A stretch of 54,859 nt of DNA from Acidimicrobiales bacterium (lineage in GTDB: Bacteria; Actinomycetota; Acidimicrobiia; Acidimicrobiales; Bog-793): contig JBKQLZ010000240.1 of NCBI GenBank assembly GCA_052146895.1, forward strand, positions 1-54,859, in the 5' to 3' direction. The position numbers were made by a program, and so were the translations under genes. Positions within the stretch are counted from its first letter, which is position 1, and every line of letters starts with the position of its first letter. Shown piece after piece: positions 38,234 to 47,648 of this stretch. Under the pieces are notes generated by a model. That model saw nothing but the letters and a program-made list of their open reading frames with translations, did not search any database and was not told where the DNA came from.

Positions 38234-40066
38234 GTGAAGCTCGTCGCGTTCGCGGTCGACCTAGAGGTTGACGGCAGCCACCGGCAGCGCCAGGCGCTCG
38301 GGAGCGGGAGGCTGCAGTTCGGGCCGATGGAGGTCACCATCGCCGGGATCGCCGGGCTCGCCGGGCTCGCCGACCCCGACCCCGACCACGCCGGAGTCGC
38401 CGGCTGGGCCATCGCCAATCGTGGTGAGGTACCGGCGAAGATCCGCTCGGTCGCGATCGTCTACAAGATCGAGGGCGCGACGATGCCTCTGCGCATGCTG
38501 CGGCACGGCTACCAGTCCTGGAGCCCGAGCGACGTCGCGACACTCGGCGTGGACGTCGATCCGTCACGGACGCCCGGATCACTCGATCTCGTGCGAGGCG
38601 CAGCGCACGCCGATCAACGTCCCGCCCGGGAGGGTGAGCTCCGCTCAGAGTGGGTCACGGTCATTCAGGGGGCGGGCATTCAGGGGGCGGGCATTCAGGG
38701 GGCGGGAGAGGACGGCGGGCGTGATGGGGTACTGGTTGGTTTCGACGGGGGCGACACGCACGACGGCACCTTGCGTCTTTTGCAAGCAGCCGGCGACGCG
38801 CCAGAGCTCTCGTGCGAGGCGTTCCTCGGAGGTGCCCGCCTCGACCCGGGAGCCGAACGCGCCCTTCACGGTCTCGTCATTCTCACCGGCGATTCCCCGT
38901 CCTCCCTCCTCACCAACTGGGCCGGGCTCGTCGGCGCGCGAGGCCGCGCTCGCGTTGACCGGCCTTACCAAGTCGGCTGGTGCTCCTGGTATCACTACTT
39001 CCACGGCGTGACCGAGCGGGACCTCTTCAGCAACCTGGCCGAGGCTGACCGGGCCGGATGGCCCTTCGACGTGTTCCAGCTGGACGACGGTTACCAGCGG
39101 TCGATCGGCGACTGGCTCGAGACGAACGAGAAGTTCCCTACTCCCCTTTCCGGTCTCGCAGCCCGAATCGCGGCCAGCGGGCGCAGCCCTGGCATCTGGA
39201 TAGCGCCCTTTCTCGCGGCACCGGATTCGCGGGTCGCGACCGACCATCCGCAATGGTTGGCGCGCCTACCGGGAGGCGACCCCTTGCCCGGCATCGTCAA
39301 CCCACCCTGGGGTGGGGGCCGGGGCGGGCTCATGTGGACGCTCGACACGACACACCCGGAGGTGCAGGAGCATTTGGAAGCGGTCGCCCGGGCGTTGACA
39401 GCGATGGGCTTTTCCTACTTGAAGCTCGACTTCACTTACGCGGCGAGCTTCGACGGGCTGTGGCACGACGACACACTGACTCCGGCGCAACGTGTGCGCG
39501 CCGGTTACGACGCCGTGCGCCGCGGGGCCGGGCCCGAGGCGTTCATCCTCGGTTGTGGCGTGCCATTGTCGAATGTCGTCGGCGTCGTCGACGGGAGCCG
39601 GATCGGCACAGACGTGGCGCCCTCGTGGGACACAGAAAGGGACGACGCGATCATGGCCGGGTACTCCGGGATGCTGCCGGCGACATCGCATGCGGCGGCG
39701 AGCACGTTCACGCGGAGCTTCATGCACCGCACTCTCTGGCTGAACGACCCGGACTGTCTCATGTTGCGCGGTGTGGCTACGCAGATGAGCGCCGGACAAG
39801 TGGAGACGTGGGCGCGATCTGTGGCGCAGTCTGGCGGCATGGCAATCGTCTCCGACGACCTGTCGTTGCTTGACGGCGCTTCCCGGAGGTTGTTCGAAGA
39901 CGTAGTCGCAACTGGGCGCCGGAGCGACGCCGAGGCCGCCCACGGCAACCCGGCGCGGTGCGAGGACCTGATGGAGGCGGTACGCCAGCCGAGCGTGCTC
40001 GCCGCCGCGGGACAGCGTCTCGTCGTCGACCCGGTATCCGGAGAGTCCCGGCTGGACCCGGCCTGA
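38234..40066 (+). CDS. Alpha-galactosidase (GH36-like)
   Basis: VGWCSWYHYF, FQLDDGYQRSIGDW, GIWIAPF and YLKLDFTYA motifs. GTG start. Confidence 0.85.
   Translation: MKLVAFAVDLEVDGSHRQRQALGSGRLQFGPMEVTIAGIAGLAGLADPDPDHAGVAGWAIANRGEVPAKIRSVAIVYKIEGATMPLRMLRHGYQSWSPSDVATLGVDVDPSRTPGSLDLVRGAAHADQRPAREGELRSEWVTVIQGAGIQGAGIQGAGEDGGRDGVLVGFDGGDTHDGTLRLLQAAGDAPELSCEAFLGGARLDPGAERALHGLVILTGDSPSSLLTNWAGLVGARGRARVDRPYQVGWCSWYHYFHGVTERDLFSNLAEADRAGWPFDVFQLDDGYQRSIGDWLETNEKFPTPLSGLAARIAASGRSPGIWIAPFLAAPDSRVATDHPQWLARLPGGDPLPGIVNPPWGGGRGGLMWTLDTTHPEVQEHLEAVARALTAMGFSYLKLDFTYAASFDGLWHDDTLTPAQRVRAGYDAVRRGAGPEAFILGCGVPLSNVVGVVDGSRIGTDVAPSWDTERDDAIMAGYSGMLPATSHAAASTFTRSFMHRTLWLNDPDCLMLRGVATQMSAGQVETWARSVAQSGGMAIVSDDLSLLDGASRRLFEDVVATGRRSDAEAAHGNPARCEDLMEAVRQPSVLAAAGQRLVVDPVSGESRLDPA
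38663..38707 (+). repeat. Three tandem 15-bp units (ATTCAGGGGGCGGGC) in frame within the alpha-galactosidase gene
   Basis: Read directly. It encodes IQGAG-IQGAG-IQGAG. A smaller CGCCGGGCT x2 / CGACCC x2 repeat lies at about 38343-38390. Confidence 0.9.
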
Positions 40067-40140
40067 CGCATCGGTCCGATACCGTTCCGTGGAATGAGGT
40101 AACGCGCCCTCACACCAACGACATGAAGGAGATGGTCCTC

Positions 40141-40560
40141 ATGCCCGAGCCGGCTGTCAACGACTGGAACACCAAGATCATCGAGGAGTTCCGCGCCAAC
40201 GACGGGAAGGTCGGCGGCCCATTCGAGGGTGCACCCGTACTGCTCCTCGGCACGACGGGTGCGAAGTCGGGCCAGGCACGCGTCAACCCGATGATGTACC
40301 TCGATCTCAACGACCGGATCTTCGTGTTCGCCTCGAAGGCTGGCGCCCCGACGAACCCCGACTGGTATCACAACCTCGTTGCGAATCCCGAGGTGACCGT
40401 CGAGCTCGGGTCGGAGAAGTTCACTGCCCACGCCGCTCCGTTGGAAGGCGAGGAGCGGACGCGCGTCTTCGACGAGCAGGCATCGCGCTATCCCGGCTTT
40501 CGCGAGTACCAGGACGGCACCGACCGAGTGATACCGGTGGTGGAACTAGTTCGGTCATGA
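40141..40560 (+). CDS. Nitroreductase-family deazaflavin (F420)-dependent oxidoreductase (Ddn/DUF385 type)
   Basis: NTKIIEEFRANDGKVGGPFEG, LLLGTTGAKSGQARVNPMMY and APTNPDWYHNL motifs. GAAGGAG lies 8 nt upstream of ATG 40141. Confidence 0.88.
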   Translation: MPEPAVNDWNTKIIEEFRANDGKVGGPFEGAPVLLLGTTGAKSGQARVNPMMYLDLNDRIFVFASKAGAPTNPDWYHNLVANPEVTVELGSEKFTAHAAPLEGEERTRVFDEQASRYPGFREYQDGTDRVIPVVELVRS

Positions 40561-40561
40561 G

Positions 40562-41356
40562 GTGAGCTACACCCACGGCCACGCCGATGCCGTTCTGCGC
40601 TCGCACCGCTGGCGCAACGCCACGAACTCCGCCGCGCACCTCCTGCCGCACCTAGTCGCGGGGCATTCCCTCCTGGACGTCGGGTGCGGGCCGGGCACTC
40701 TGACGGTCGACCTCGCGCGGAGGGTCGCGCCCGGGCGGGTCGTGGGCATCGACGCCGAGCCGGCTGTGCTCGAGGAGGCTCGCGGTGCCGCGGAAGAGGC
40801 AGGACTCACAAACGTCGAGTTCCACGAGGCCGACATCTACGCCCTTCCGTACGACGACGGCTCGTTCGACGTCGTCCATGCTCATCAGGTTCTGCAGCAC
40901 CTCCAGCATCCGCACCGTGCGCTCGAGGAGATGGCTCGCGTGTGCAAGACGGGCGGTGTGGTTGCCGCGCGGGACGGCGACTACTCCGCCTTCACTTGGT
41001 TCCCGGCCGACCCGCTCCTCAACCGGTGGCTCGAGATCTACTGCACGGTCGCGAGGGCGAACGGCGGTGAGCCGGATGCCGGCCGCCGGCTGAAGGCGTG
41101 GGCACGCGAGGCTGGGCTCTCCGATATCGCGTGCTCGGCCTCGGCGTGGTGTTACTCGACGACTGAGGACCGAGCATGGTGGGCCAACTTATGGGCCGAG
41201 CGCATCACGGCGACGCGGCTGGCGAGCCGCGCTGTCGAACTCGGCTGTGCGACCGAGGACGATCTCGCAGAGATCGCAGTCGCCTGGCACCGATGGGCCG
41301 AGCAGCCCGACGGTTGGTTCGCCGTGCTCCACGGCGAGATCATCTGCCGCCCGTGA
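40562..41356 (+). CDS. Class I SAM-dependent methyltransferase
   Basis: Motif I LLDVGCGPGTLT, then VVGIDAEPAVLEEA and FDVVHAHQVLQH. Confidence 0.88.
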   Translation: MSYTHGHADAVLRSHRWRNATNSAAHLLPHLVAGHSLLDVGCGPGTLTVDLARRVAPGRVVGIDAEPAVLEEARGAAEEAGLTNVEFHEADIYALPYDDGSFDVVHAHQVLQHLQHPHRALEEMARVCKTGGVVAARDGDYSAFTWFPADPLLNRWLEIYCTVARANGGEPDAGRRLKAWAREAGLSDIACSASAWCYSTTEDRAWWANLWAERITATRLASRAVELGCATEDDLAEIAVAWHRWAEQPDGWFAVLHGEIICRP

Positions 41357-41360
41357 GCGA

Positions 41361-41525
41361 CTAGCCCTCTATCACCTCGGCAAAGGCGCGAATCATGACG
41401 GGCCACGCGCTTTCGTCGGGCCCCGATGCGGGCTCGGGCCACGGGGTGTCCTCGGGGTGAGCCGGCAGCGGAACGAGCGGCCTTCCGACGAGCTCCTCGA
41501 GCAGCTGAGTGCCGGTGCTCGTCAC
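41361..41525 (-). CDS. Hypothetical 54-aa ORF translationally coupled to the HxlR-type regulator gene
   Basis: The GTG at 41525 overlaps the regulator stop (GTGA). Third positions are GC-rich. The product is VTSTGTQLLEELVGRPLVPLPAHPEDTPWPEPASGPDESAWPVMIRAFAEVIEG. I recognise no family. Confidence 0.3.
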   Translation of the reverse strand: MTSTGTQLLEELVGRPLVPLPAHPEDTPWPEPASGPDESAWPVMIRAFAEVIEG

Positions 41526-41959
41526 AGCCAGACCTCCTCGTCCTCGTCGACGACCTGCTGGCATGTCGGGCACCAGTACCGCACCTCGAGCGCTGTCCCG
41601 CACACCGCGTGGGCGGGAGCCTCGAGGTCCCCGGTCGCTCCTGAACCCCAAGCAGCCAGCAACCGGAGCACACCGCCGAGCTCTGCCGCCCGAGCCGTCG
41701 CGCGGTACTCGAGGCGCATCGGACGAGTGGAGTACGGCTCCGCGATGACGAGCCCTTGGCGCTCGAGCTCTCGCAAGCGGCCGCTCAAGACATTGGTCGC
41801 TACACCTGGAACCGATTGCTGGAGCTCGCCGAAGCGCCTCGGCCCCTCCAGCAACGCACCTATCACGAGCAGCATCCATCGATCGCCAATTCGCTCGAGC
41901 GCGTCGGCGAGCAGTTTGCCGCTCACCCCGGCATTCTCGACGTTCGGTGCGTCCGACAT
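41522..41959 (-). CDS. HxlR-family (winged-helix) transcriptional regulator with a Cys-containing C-terminal extension
   Basis: IGDRWMLLVIGALLEGPRRFGELQQSVPGVATNVLSGRLRELERQGLV is the canonical HxlR core. The C-terminus carries HAVC...WCPTC. Confidence 0.88.
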   Translation of the reverse strand: MSDAPNVENAGVSGKLLADALERIGDRWMLLVIGALLEGPRRFGELQQSVPGVATNVLSGRLRELERQGLVIAEPYSTRPMRLEYRATARAAELGGVLRLLAAWGSGATGDLEAPAHAVCGTALEVRYWCPTCQQVVDEDEEVWL

Positions 41960-42049
41960 CGTTGTGTGGTCTACACCTCCCCGGCGGTCGCGACCAGCAC
42001 ATTCGCCCGGCCTGTACGGGAGCTGGGTTGCGTCGACGCTATCCTCGCT

Positions 42050-42074
42050 AGTAGCTTGCTAGTTGCAAGTTACT
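42050..42074. promoter_or_regulatory. Inverted repeat, candidate HxlR operator in the divergent promoter region
   Basis: AGTAGCTTGC-N5-GCAAGTTACT, with 9 of 10 positions complementary, in a locally AT-richer stretch. It lies 43 nt upstream of the protease ATG and 91 nt upstream of the regulator ATG. Confidence 0.4.
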
Positions 42075-42116
42075 ATCTGTACCATCGGGCAGAGCGAACG
42101 CAGCCAGGAGGACTCA

Positions 42117-42992
42117 ATGAGTGCATTCGAAGAGCTCACAGCAGCAGTAAAGAAGGTGGCCGAGTCGGTCGGCCCATCGGTGGTCAGCGTGAACCGTGGC
42201 GGCACCGGGGTCGTGATCGGGGAGAACCTCGTAGTGACGAACGCCCACAACCTGCGGGGTGGCGGAGACGCCCTCGTCCAGTTCGCGGACGGGCGCTGGG
42301 TGACGGCGACCGTGAGCGGCTCGGACTTGGACGGCGATCTCGCCGTGCTCTCGGTCGAGACCAATGGCGCGCCTGCCGTGACATGGTCCGAGAAGACCGC
42401 AGAGCTCGGCCAGGTGGTCGTTGCGTTGGCCAACCCGCGTGGAAGAGGGCTGAGGGCAACGGTGGGAACGGTCTCTTCGCTGGGACGTTCGTTCCGCGGA
42501 CCTCGAGGGCGTCGCATCGGCGGAGGCCTCGAGCACACTGCGCCCCTCGGGCGCGGGTCGTCCGGCGGCCCGGTGGTCGACACCGACGGCGGGGTCCTAG
42601 GTGTCAACACCCACCGCCTGCAGGACGGGTTCTACCTCGCCGTCACGGCGGACGACGAGCTTCGCCGGCGGATCGCCAACCTCGCCGAAGGGAAGACTCC
42701 CGTCCGGCGCAGGCTCGGGGCGTCCATCGCACCGCCGCAAGCCGCTCGGCATCTCCGGTCGGCGGCCGGTCTGCCCGAGATCGATGGTCTCCTGATCCGC
42801 GGCGTCGAGGAGGGCGGGGCGGCCGATCGCGCCGGGCTGCGCCGTGGCGACGTGCTCGTCGCGGCCGGTGGGGAAGCGCTCAACTCGGTCGACGACCTGT
42901 ACGGCGTTCTCGACGGCGAGGGCGGATCAGTCGAGTTCGACGTGGTGCGGGCTACCGACGAGATCAAGGTCACAGTCGACTTCTCGAGTTGA
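42117..42992 (+). CDS. S1C (HtrA/DegP-like) trypsin-fold serine protease with a PDZ-like C-terminus
   Basis: VVTNAHNL (His), DGDLAVL (Asp) and GRGSSGGPVV (Ser) form the catalytic triad context. The PDZ-like part is GLLIRGVEEGGAADRAGLRRGDVLV. AGGAGGA precedes ATG 42117. No signal peptide is evident. Confidence 0.9.
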   Translation: MSAFEELTAAVKKVAESVGPSVVSVNRGGTGVVIGENLVVTNAHNLRGGGDALVQFADGRWVTATVSGSDLDGDLAVLSVETNGAPAVTWSEKTAELGQVVVALANPRGRGLRATVGTVSSLGRSFRGPRGRRIGGGLEHTAPLGRGSSGGPVVDTDGGVLGVNTHRLQDGFYLAVTADDELRRRIANLAEGKTPVRRRLGASIAPPQAARHLRSAAGLPEIDGLLIRGVEEGGAADRAGLRRGDVLVAAGGEALNSVDDLYGVLDGEGGSVEFDVVRATDEIKVTVDFSS

Positions 42993-43069
42993 CAAGCCGG
43001 CGCGGGTCATAGCGAGTGGAATGGCGCCACCGCCCATCGTGTTGCACCGCAAGTCGAAAGGGGTCATCC

Positions 43070-43594
43070 ATGCCCATCACGCGCCTCAACCACGCCGTGT
43101 TATACGTCCGCAACGTCGAGCGCAGCGTTGCCTTCTACACCGAGATCCTCGGCTTCCGGGTGTTGGGCATCGGGGGTGGGATGCGCGGGGCTGCGTTTCT
43201 CCAGGCGCCGGGGTCTACGAACGACCATGACATCGGACTCTTCGAGATGGGCGAGGCCGCCGGGCCTACGACCGCCGGGCGTGAGCAAGTCGGCCTCTAC
43301 CACCTCGCGTGGGAGGTCGACACGCTCGACGAGCTCGACCGTCTGGCGCATCGCCTGCAGGACGCCGGTGCGCTGGTAGGAGCTTCCGACCACTCGACGA
43401 CCAAGTCGCTCTACGCGAAGGACCCCGACGGCATCGAGTTCGAGGTCGCGTGGGTCGTCCCGGCCGACCGCCTCGACGAGAGCGTTCTAGAGGGCCGCGC
43501 CGGCATCAAGCCACTCGACATCGGCGCCGCCAAGGAGAAGTTCGGCGCCGACACGAAAGGCGGAGTCGGGATCTCCCAGCCCGCGGTGCTCTAG
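43070..43594 (+). CDS. VOC family protein (glyoxalase/extradiol dioxygenase-like)
   Basis: ITRLNHAVLYVRNVERSVAFYTEILGF and LYHLAWEV fit the family. Trimmed to ATG 43070. Confidence 0.88.
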   Translation: MPITRLNHAVLYVRNVERSVAFYTEILGFRVLGIGGGMRGAAFLQAPGSTNDHDIGLFEMGEAAGPTTAGREQVGLYHLAWEVDTLDELDRLAHRLQDAGALVGASDHSTTKSLYAKDPDGIEFEVAWVVPADRLDESVLEGRAGIKPLDIGAAKEKFGADTKGGVGISQPAVL

Positions 43595-43604
43595 CCCGCT
43601 CGGT

Positions 43605-44594
43605 TTACGGCTTGTCGTCGGCCGTGGTCTGGTGGGGAAGCCACTGCGCCGGGATCGTGCCTAGCCGCCCCGCCTTATAGTCCTCGACCGCTTGGAGGAT
43701 CTCGTCGCGGGTGTTCATGACGAACGGCCCGTAGCGCGCGACCGGCTCGTTGATGGGCTGGCCCCCGAGGACGAGGACCTCCCAGTTACCGGTTCCCTTC
43801 GAGTCCTGTGTCACGTCCGCGGTGAGCGAGTAGGCGTCGCCCTCGCCGAAAAGCGCCATCCGGCCCTCGGGCACGGGTGCCAGCTCCGCGCCGGCGTAAC
43901 CGTTGCCGGCGAGTGAGTACGCGAGCGCGTTGAAACCGGGCGTCCAGGGCAGGCGCACACGCGCACCGGGCGACACGGATAGGTGAGCAAGCGTGATGGG
44001 AGTCCACGTGTTGCCCGGCCCCTCGTAACCGCCAAGCTCGCCGGCGATTATGCGCACCAAGGTGCCGCCGTCCGGGCTCGAGACAAGAGTCACGTCGTTC
44101 GCCTCGATGCCCTGGTACCTCGGCGGCGTCCACTTCAGGCTCGCGGGCAGGTTCACCCAGAGTTGGATGCCGTGGAACAAGCCGCCCTTCATCACGAGCT
44201 GCTCAGGCGGCATCTCGTCGTGGAGGATCCCGGCTCCCGCCGTCATCCACTGGGTGGCGCCGTCGGTTATGAGGCCGCCTCCACCTGTCGTGTCACGGTG
44301 CTCGAACGCACCGTCGACGATGTAGGTCACCGTCTCGAAACCCCGATGCGGGTGCCACGGAGCCCCCTTGGCCTCTCCCGGTGCGTACTCGACAGCACCG
44401 AGGTGGTCGAGAAGCAGGAACGGGTCCGCCAGCTCCAGGTCCCTGCTCGGGAAGGGGCGCCGGACCGGAAAGCCCTCGCCCTCGAACGTCTTCACAGTGT
44501 CGACGACGCGGCGGACGGGTCGCCAGGCGGTGCCAGCCTCGGGCGGCTCTTCGAGTCTCGGCAATGTAAGGGTGTCGGCAGTTACCGCAGGCAT
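43605..44594 (-). CDS. Pirin family protein
   Basis: GFPVRRPFPS, FLLLDHLG and PWHPHRGFETVTYIVDG are the cupin metal site of pirins. 329 aa. Confidence 0.93.
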   Translation of the reverse strand: MPAVTADTLTLPRLEEPPEAGTAWRPVRRVVDTVKTFEGEGFPVRRPFPSRDLELADPFLLLDHLGAVEYAPGEAKGAPWHPHRGFETVTYIVDGAFEHRDTTGGGGLITDGATQWMTAGAGILHDEMPPEQLVMKGGLFHGIQLWVNLPASLKWTPPRYQGIEANDVTLVSSPDGGTLVRIIAGELGGYEGPGNTWTPITLAHLSVSPGARVRLPWTPGFNALAYSLAGNGYAGAELAPVPEGRMALFGEGDAYSLTADVTQDSKGTGNWEVLVLGGQPINEPVARYGPFVMNTRDEILQAVEDYKAGRLGTIPAQWLPHQTTADDKP

Positions 44595-44665
44595 GTCTGT
44601 CTCCTCTTCGGGTTCTACTGGCTCACCCGAGTCAACAGTAGTTGCCTACGCAAGTATTCCGCGGG

Positions 44666-44710
44666 CTGGACGCAGATCGTGCCCGGCATGTGGGCACTAA
44701 GTGCGTCCAG
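44666..44710 (-). terminator. Long two-tier hairpin downstream of the DivIVA-domain gene
   Basis: CTGGACGCA (44666-44674) pairs with TGCGTCCAG (44702-44710). An inner stem GTGCCC/GGGCAC lies within the loop. It starts about 40 nt after the stop codon. There is no U-tract. Confidence 0.35.
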
Positions 44711-44748
44711 CTGTTGAAATTTGAGGGCTAGCGGCGCTGCGGAAGACC

Positions 44749-45927
44749 TCAGCCCCAGCCGTCGACGTCCGCGTCGTAGACCCCGCCGTACTCACGCGTG
44801 CCGGGCTCGGCTGGCTCAGCCGCCTCGGCCGGGGCCGGCGCGCTCTGCGCGTGGGCCGGGCGGCGCGTGTAGCTGGAGTAGTCGTAGCCGTAGTCAACTG
44901 CGTTCATCGGCCCTGTCGGGATCTCGTGGGCTGGCGAGGCCATCGTCTCGTCGGGATCCCACGCCCCAGCCTGCGGGCTCCCCGCAAGCCACTCACCCGC
45001 GGCGCGAGCATCCGGCTCCTCCACGTATTCCTGGTCGGCGTAGCCCGCCCCGGCTTCGCGGTCGGCTTCGGCATACGCGTCGCCACCAACGGCGCCATCA
45101 ATGGCCGCCCCGGTCCCCATCGCCATCTCGGCCGCCATCTCGTCGGCGATGTCCTCGGCCACGGCCGGCGCGAACGCAGGCTCGAAGGCCCGCTCAGGCG
45201 CCGCCATCGCCTCTGCCCGCATCTCTCTCATCGCCACCGAGTCTGCGATGGCGGCCGACGGCTTGCCGAGCGGGCTGCGCACCATCTCCTCGACCGTCGC
45301 CTGGACGTTCGCCTGCAAGCGAGCCAGCTCAGAGAGGGCCATCTGCCTCTGGTCGTAGAGATAGGTGATCTGCGACACTGCCTTCTGCCTGTCTCGCTCG
45401 ACCTTCTCGAGGTAGACCGCCCGCCGCCGGTCCATCTCGTCCCGGAGAGCAAGCGCCCGCTGCGTCGCCTCGTCGACGAGGTCGGCAGCTTCCTTGCTCG
45501 CCACTTGCCGGAGCTCCTCGACGTCCGCCTCGGCCTGCTCGCGCTGGGCGTCGACGTCGCGCTGGGTCTGCTCCTTCAGCTCGTTGACCTCGCGCTCGGC
45601 CTCCTGGCGAAGGTTGTACGCGCCCTCCCAGGCCTCCTGCAGGATCCGCTGTACCCGCTCGCCAAGAGTGTCCAGCGCCGGGGGCTGAGTGCTGCGCGCC
45701 TCGCTCTCGTAGGTGGCCACTCGGCGGTGCAGCTCCCGGAGCTGGCCCACGGCCGCCGCCAGCTTGCGCTCCGACTCGGACGCACGATGGGTCGTCTCGT
45801 CCAGCCGGCGCTGTTGGTCGGCGACATAGCGGTCAACCTGCTCGGGGTCGTAGCCCCGCCGGTACACGCTGAAGATCGGAGTGGCCGCCCCAAGGCCTTG
45901 CTGGTCTACTGCTTCGCTCTCGTCCAT
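44749..45927 (-). CDS. DivIVA domain-containing coiled-coil protein
   Basis: FSVYRRGYDPEQVDRYV is the DivIVA N-terminal motif, followed by a long coiled coil and an acidic, aromatic-rich tail. GGGAGG lies 8 nt upstream of ATG 45927. Confidence 0.85.
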   Translation of the reverse strand: MDESEAVDQQGLGAATPIFSVYRRGYDPEQVDRYVADQQRRLDETTHRASESERKLAAAVGQLRELHRRVATYESEARSTQPPALDTLGERVQRILQEAWEGAYNLRQEAEREVNELKEQTQRDVDAQREQAEADVEELRQVASKEAADLVDEATQRALALRDEMDRRRAVYLEKVERDRQKAVSQITYLYDQRQMALSELARLQANVQATVEEMVRSPLGKPSAAIADSVAMREMRAEAMAAPERAFEPAFAPAVAEDIADEMAAEMAMGTGAAIDGAVGGDAYAEADREAGAGYADQEYVEEPDARAAGEWLAGSPQAGAWDPDETMASPAHEIPTGPMNAVDYGYDYSSYTRRPAHAQSAPAPAEAAEPAEPGTREYGGVYDADVDGWG

Positions 45928-46015
45928 TGAATGGCCTCCCGGGCGCTTCCCCTTTGGCCGGATGGTACAGAGTTGGCCCAGAAATTTGGTGGATCCTCTG
46001 CGTAGGCTAGGCGTC

Positions 46016-47641
46016 GTGTCCACAACCCTCTCGGGCCATGGCGGCCTACTCGTCCTCGGTGCGCACCAGGCTTCCAGCAGCGGTATCCACACCATGTTCA
46101 CCCTCTCCGGCGGTCACATCTTCCCCCTGCTCGACGCCGCTCACGAGCTCGGTTGGCGCATCGTCGACGTGAGGCACGAGCAGACGGCCGTGTTCGCGGC
46201 GGAGGGCATGGCGAAGGTAACCCGGACGCCCGGTTTTGCGGCGCTCACGGCCGGGCCTGGCGTCACCAACGGGGTGAGCGCCCTCACCGGCGCGTACCTG
46301 AACGGCTCCCCCATTCTCGTCCTCGGCGGCCGGGCCCCTCAGCACCGTTGGGGATCGGGCTCACTCCAGGAGCTCGACCACATCCCGATCGTCTCCTCGG
46401 TCTCGAAGTTCGCCGCTACGGCCACCGAGACGGCACGCATCCCCGAGCTGATGTGCCACGCCCTCCACCAGGCCACTTCGGCCCACCGGGGGCCTGTCTT
46501 CGTCGACTTCCCCCTCGACGTGATCGGCGGGCAGGCCGAAGTCGAGCTCGCCCTCACTCCCCCGGCCACTCCCACCGAGCCCGATCCCGACCACCTCGCC
46601 CGCGCGGCCGCTTTGATCGCGGCAGCAGAACGACCTGTCTGCATCGCGGGTGGCGACGTCTACTGGGCTGGCGGCGAGCACGCTCTCGTCGACTTCGCGG
46701 CGGGCTGTCGCGTCCCTGTATTCGTGAACGGCCTCGGCCGCGGCACGATCCCGGCGGATCACGAGCTGAGCTTCTCGAGGTCCCGGCCGCTCGCGAAGGA
46801 GGCCGACCTCATCGTCGTCATCGGCACCCCGCTCGATTTTCGCCTGTCCTTCGGGCGTTTCGGCGAGGCGCAGGTGATCCACGTCGTCGACCACGAGAGC
46901 AGGCGGGCGGTACACGCCGAGACCGCCGTGACGATCGTCGGCGACCCCCGCCTCGTTCTCGAAGCGCTCGCCGGGACCGCCCACCCGACCACGGATCACG
47001 AGCCCTGGATCGCCCGCCTGCGCGACGACGAACAGGCCCGCAGGCACGCCGAGAAAGCGGAGCTCGAGTCGGACTCCGATCCGATCCACCCCGCCCGGAT
47101 CTACGGCGAGCTGCGCAAGCGGCTCGACCGCGACGGCATCGTCATCGGCGACGGTGGGGACTTCGTCTCCTACGCCGGCCGCCTCATCGACTCCTACGCA
47201 CCGGGGTGCTTCCTCGAGCCGGGTCCCTACGGTTGTCTCGGGACCGGCCTCGGCTACTCCATGGCTGCCCGCGTGGCCGCACCGACGAGACAGGTCGTGG
47301 CGTGTTTCGGGGATGGAGCCTTTGGTTTCTCGGCGATGGACGTCGACACGCTCGTCCGGCACGATCTCCCAGTCGTCATGATCGTCGGCAACAACGGCAT
47401 ATGGGGACTGGAGAAACATCCCATGCAGTTCTTCTACGGCTACGACGTGGCGGCCGACCTCCGCCAGGCGACGCGCTACGACGACGTCGTGAAGGCGCTC
47501 GGCGGCGCCGGCGAGACGGTCAGCAGACCAGGCGCCCTCGGACCTGCGCTCGACCGCGCGTTCGCCTCGGGCGTGCCATATCTCGTCAACGTGCTGACAG
47601 ATCCTGCCATCGCCTACCCGCGCACCTCCAACCTCGCCTGA
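46016..47641 (+). CDS. Thiamine diphosphate-binding enzyme (acetolactate synthase / oxalyl-CoA decarboxylase / 2-hydroxyacyl-CoA lyase family)
   Basis: RHEQTAVFAAEGMAK, LTAGPGVTNG and the ThDP motif GDGAFGFSAMDVDTLVRHDLPVVMIVGNNGIWG. The GTG 46016 start was chosen to leave a divergent promoter region, so it is moderately uncertain. Confidence 0.85.
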   Translation: MSTTLSGHGGLLVLGAHQASSSGIHTMFTLSGGHIFPLLDAAHELGWRIVDVRHEQTAVFAAEGMAKVTRTPGFAALTAGPGVTNGVSALTGAYLNGSPILVLGGRAPQHRWGSGSLQELDHIPIVSSVSKFAATATETARIPELMCHALHQATSAHRGPVFVDFPLDVIGGQAEVELALTPPATPTEPDPDHLARAAALIAAAERPVCIAGGDVYWAGGEHALVDFAAGCRVPVFVNGLGRGTIPADHELSFSRSRPLAKEADLIVVIGTPLDFRLSFGRFGEAQVIHVVDHESRRAVHAETAVTIVGDPRLVLEALAGTAHPTTDHEPWIARLRDDEQARRHAEKAELESDSDPIHPARIYGELRKRLDRDGIVIGDGGDFVSYAGRLIDSYAPGCFLEPGPYGCLGTGLGYSMAARVAAPTRQVVACFGDGAFGFSAMDVDTLVRHDLPVVMIVGNNGIWGLEKHPMQFFYGYDVAADLRQATRYDDVVKALGGAGETVSRPGALGPALDRAFASGVPYLVNVLTDPAIAYPRTSNLA

Positions 47642-47648
47642 GCGCGGC

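Noticed and set aside
41756-43012. 418-aa plus-strand ORF spanning the HxlR gene (antisense) and the protease gene (out of frame)
   Set aside because: The translation is an Arg/Gly-rich shadow. Both real genes have clear family motifs in other frames.
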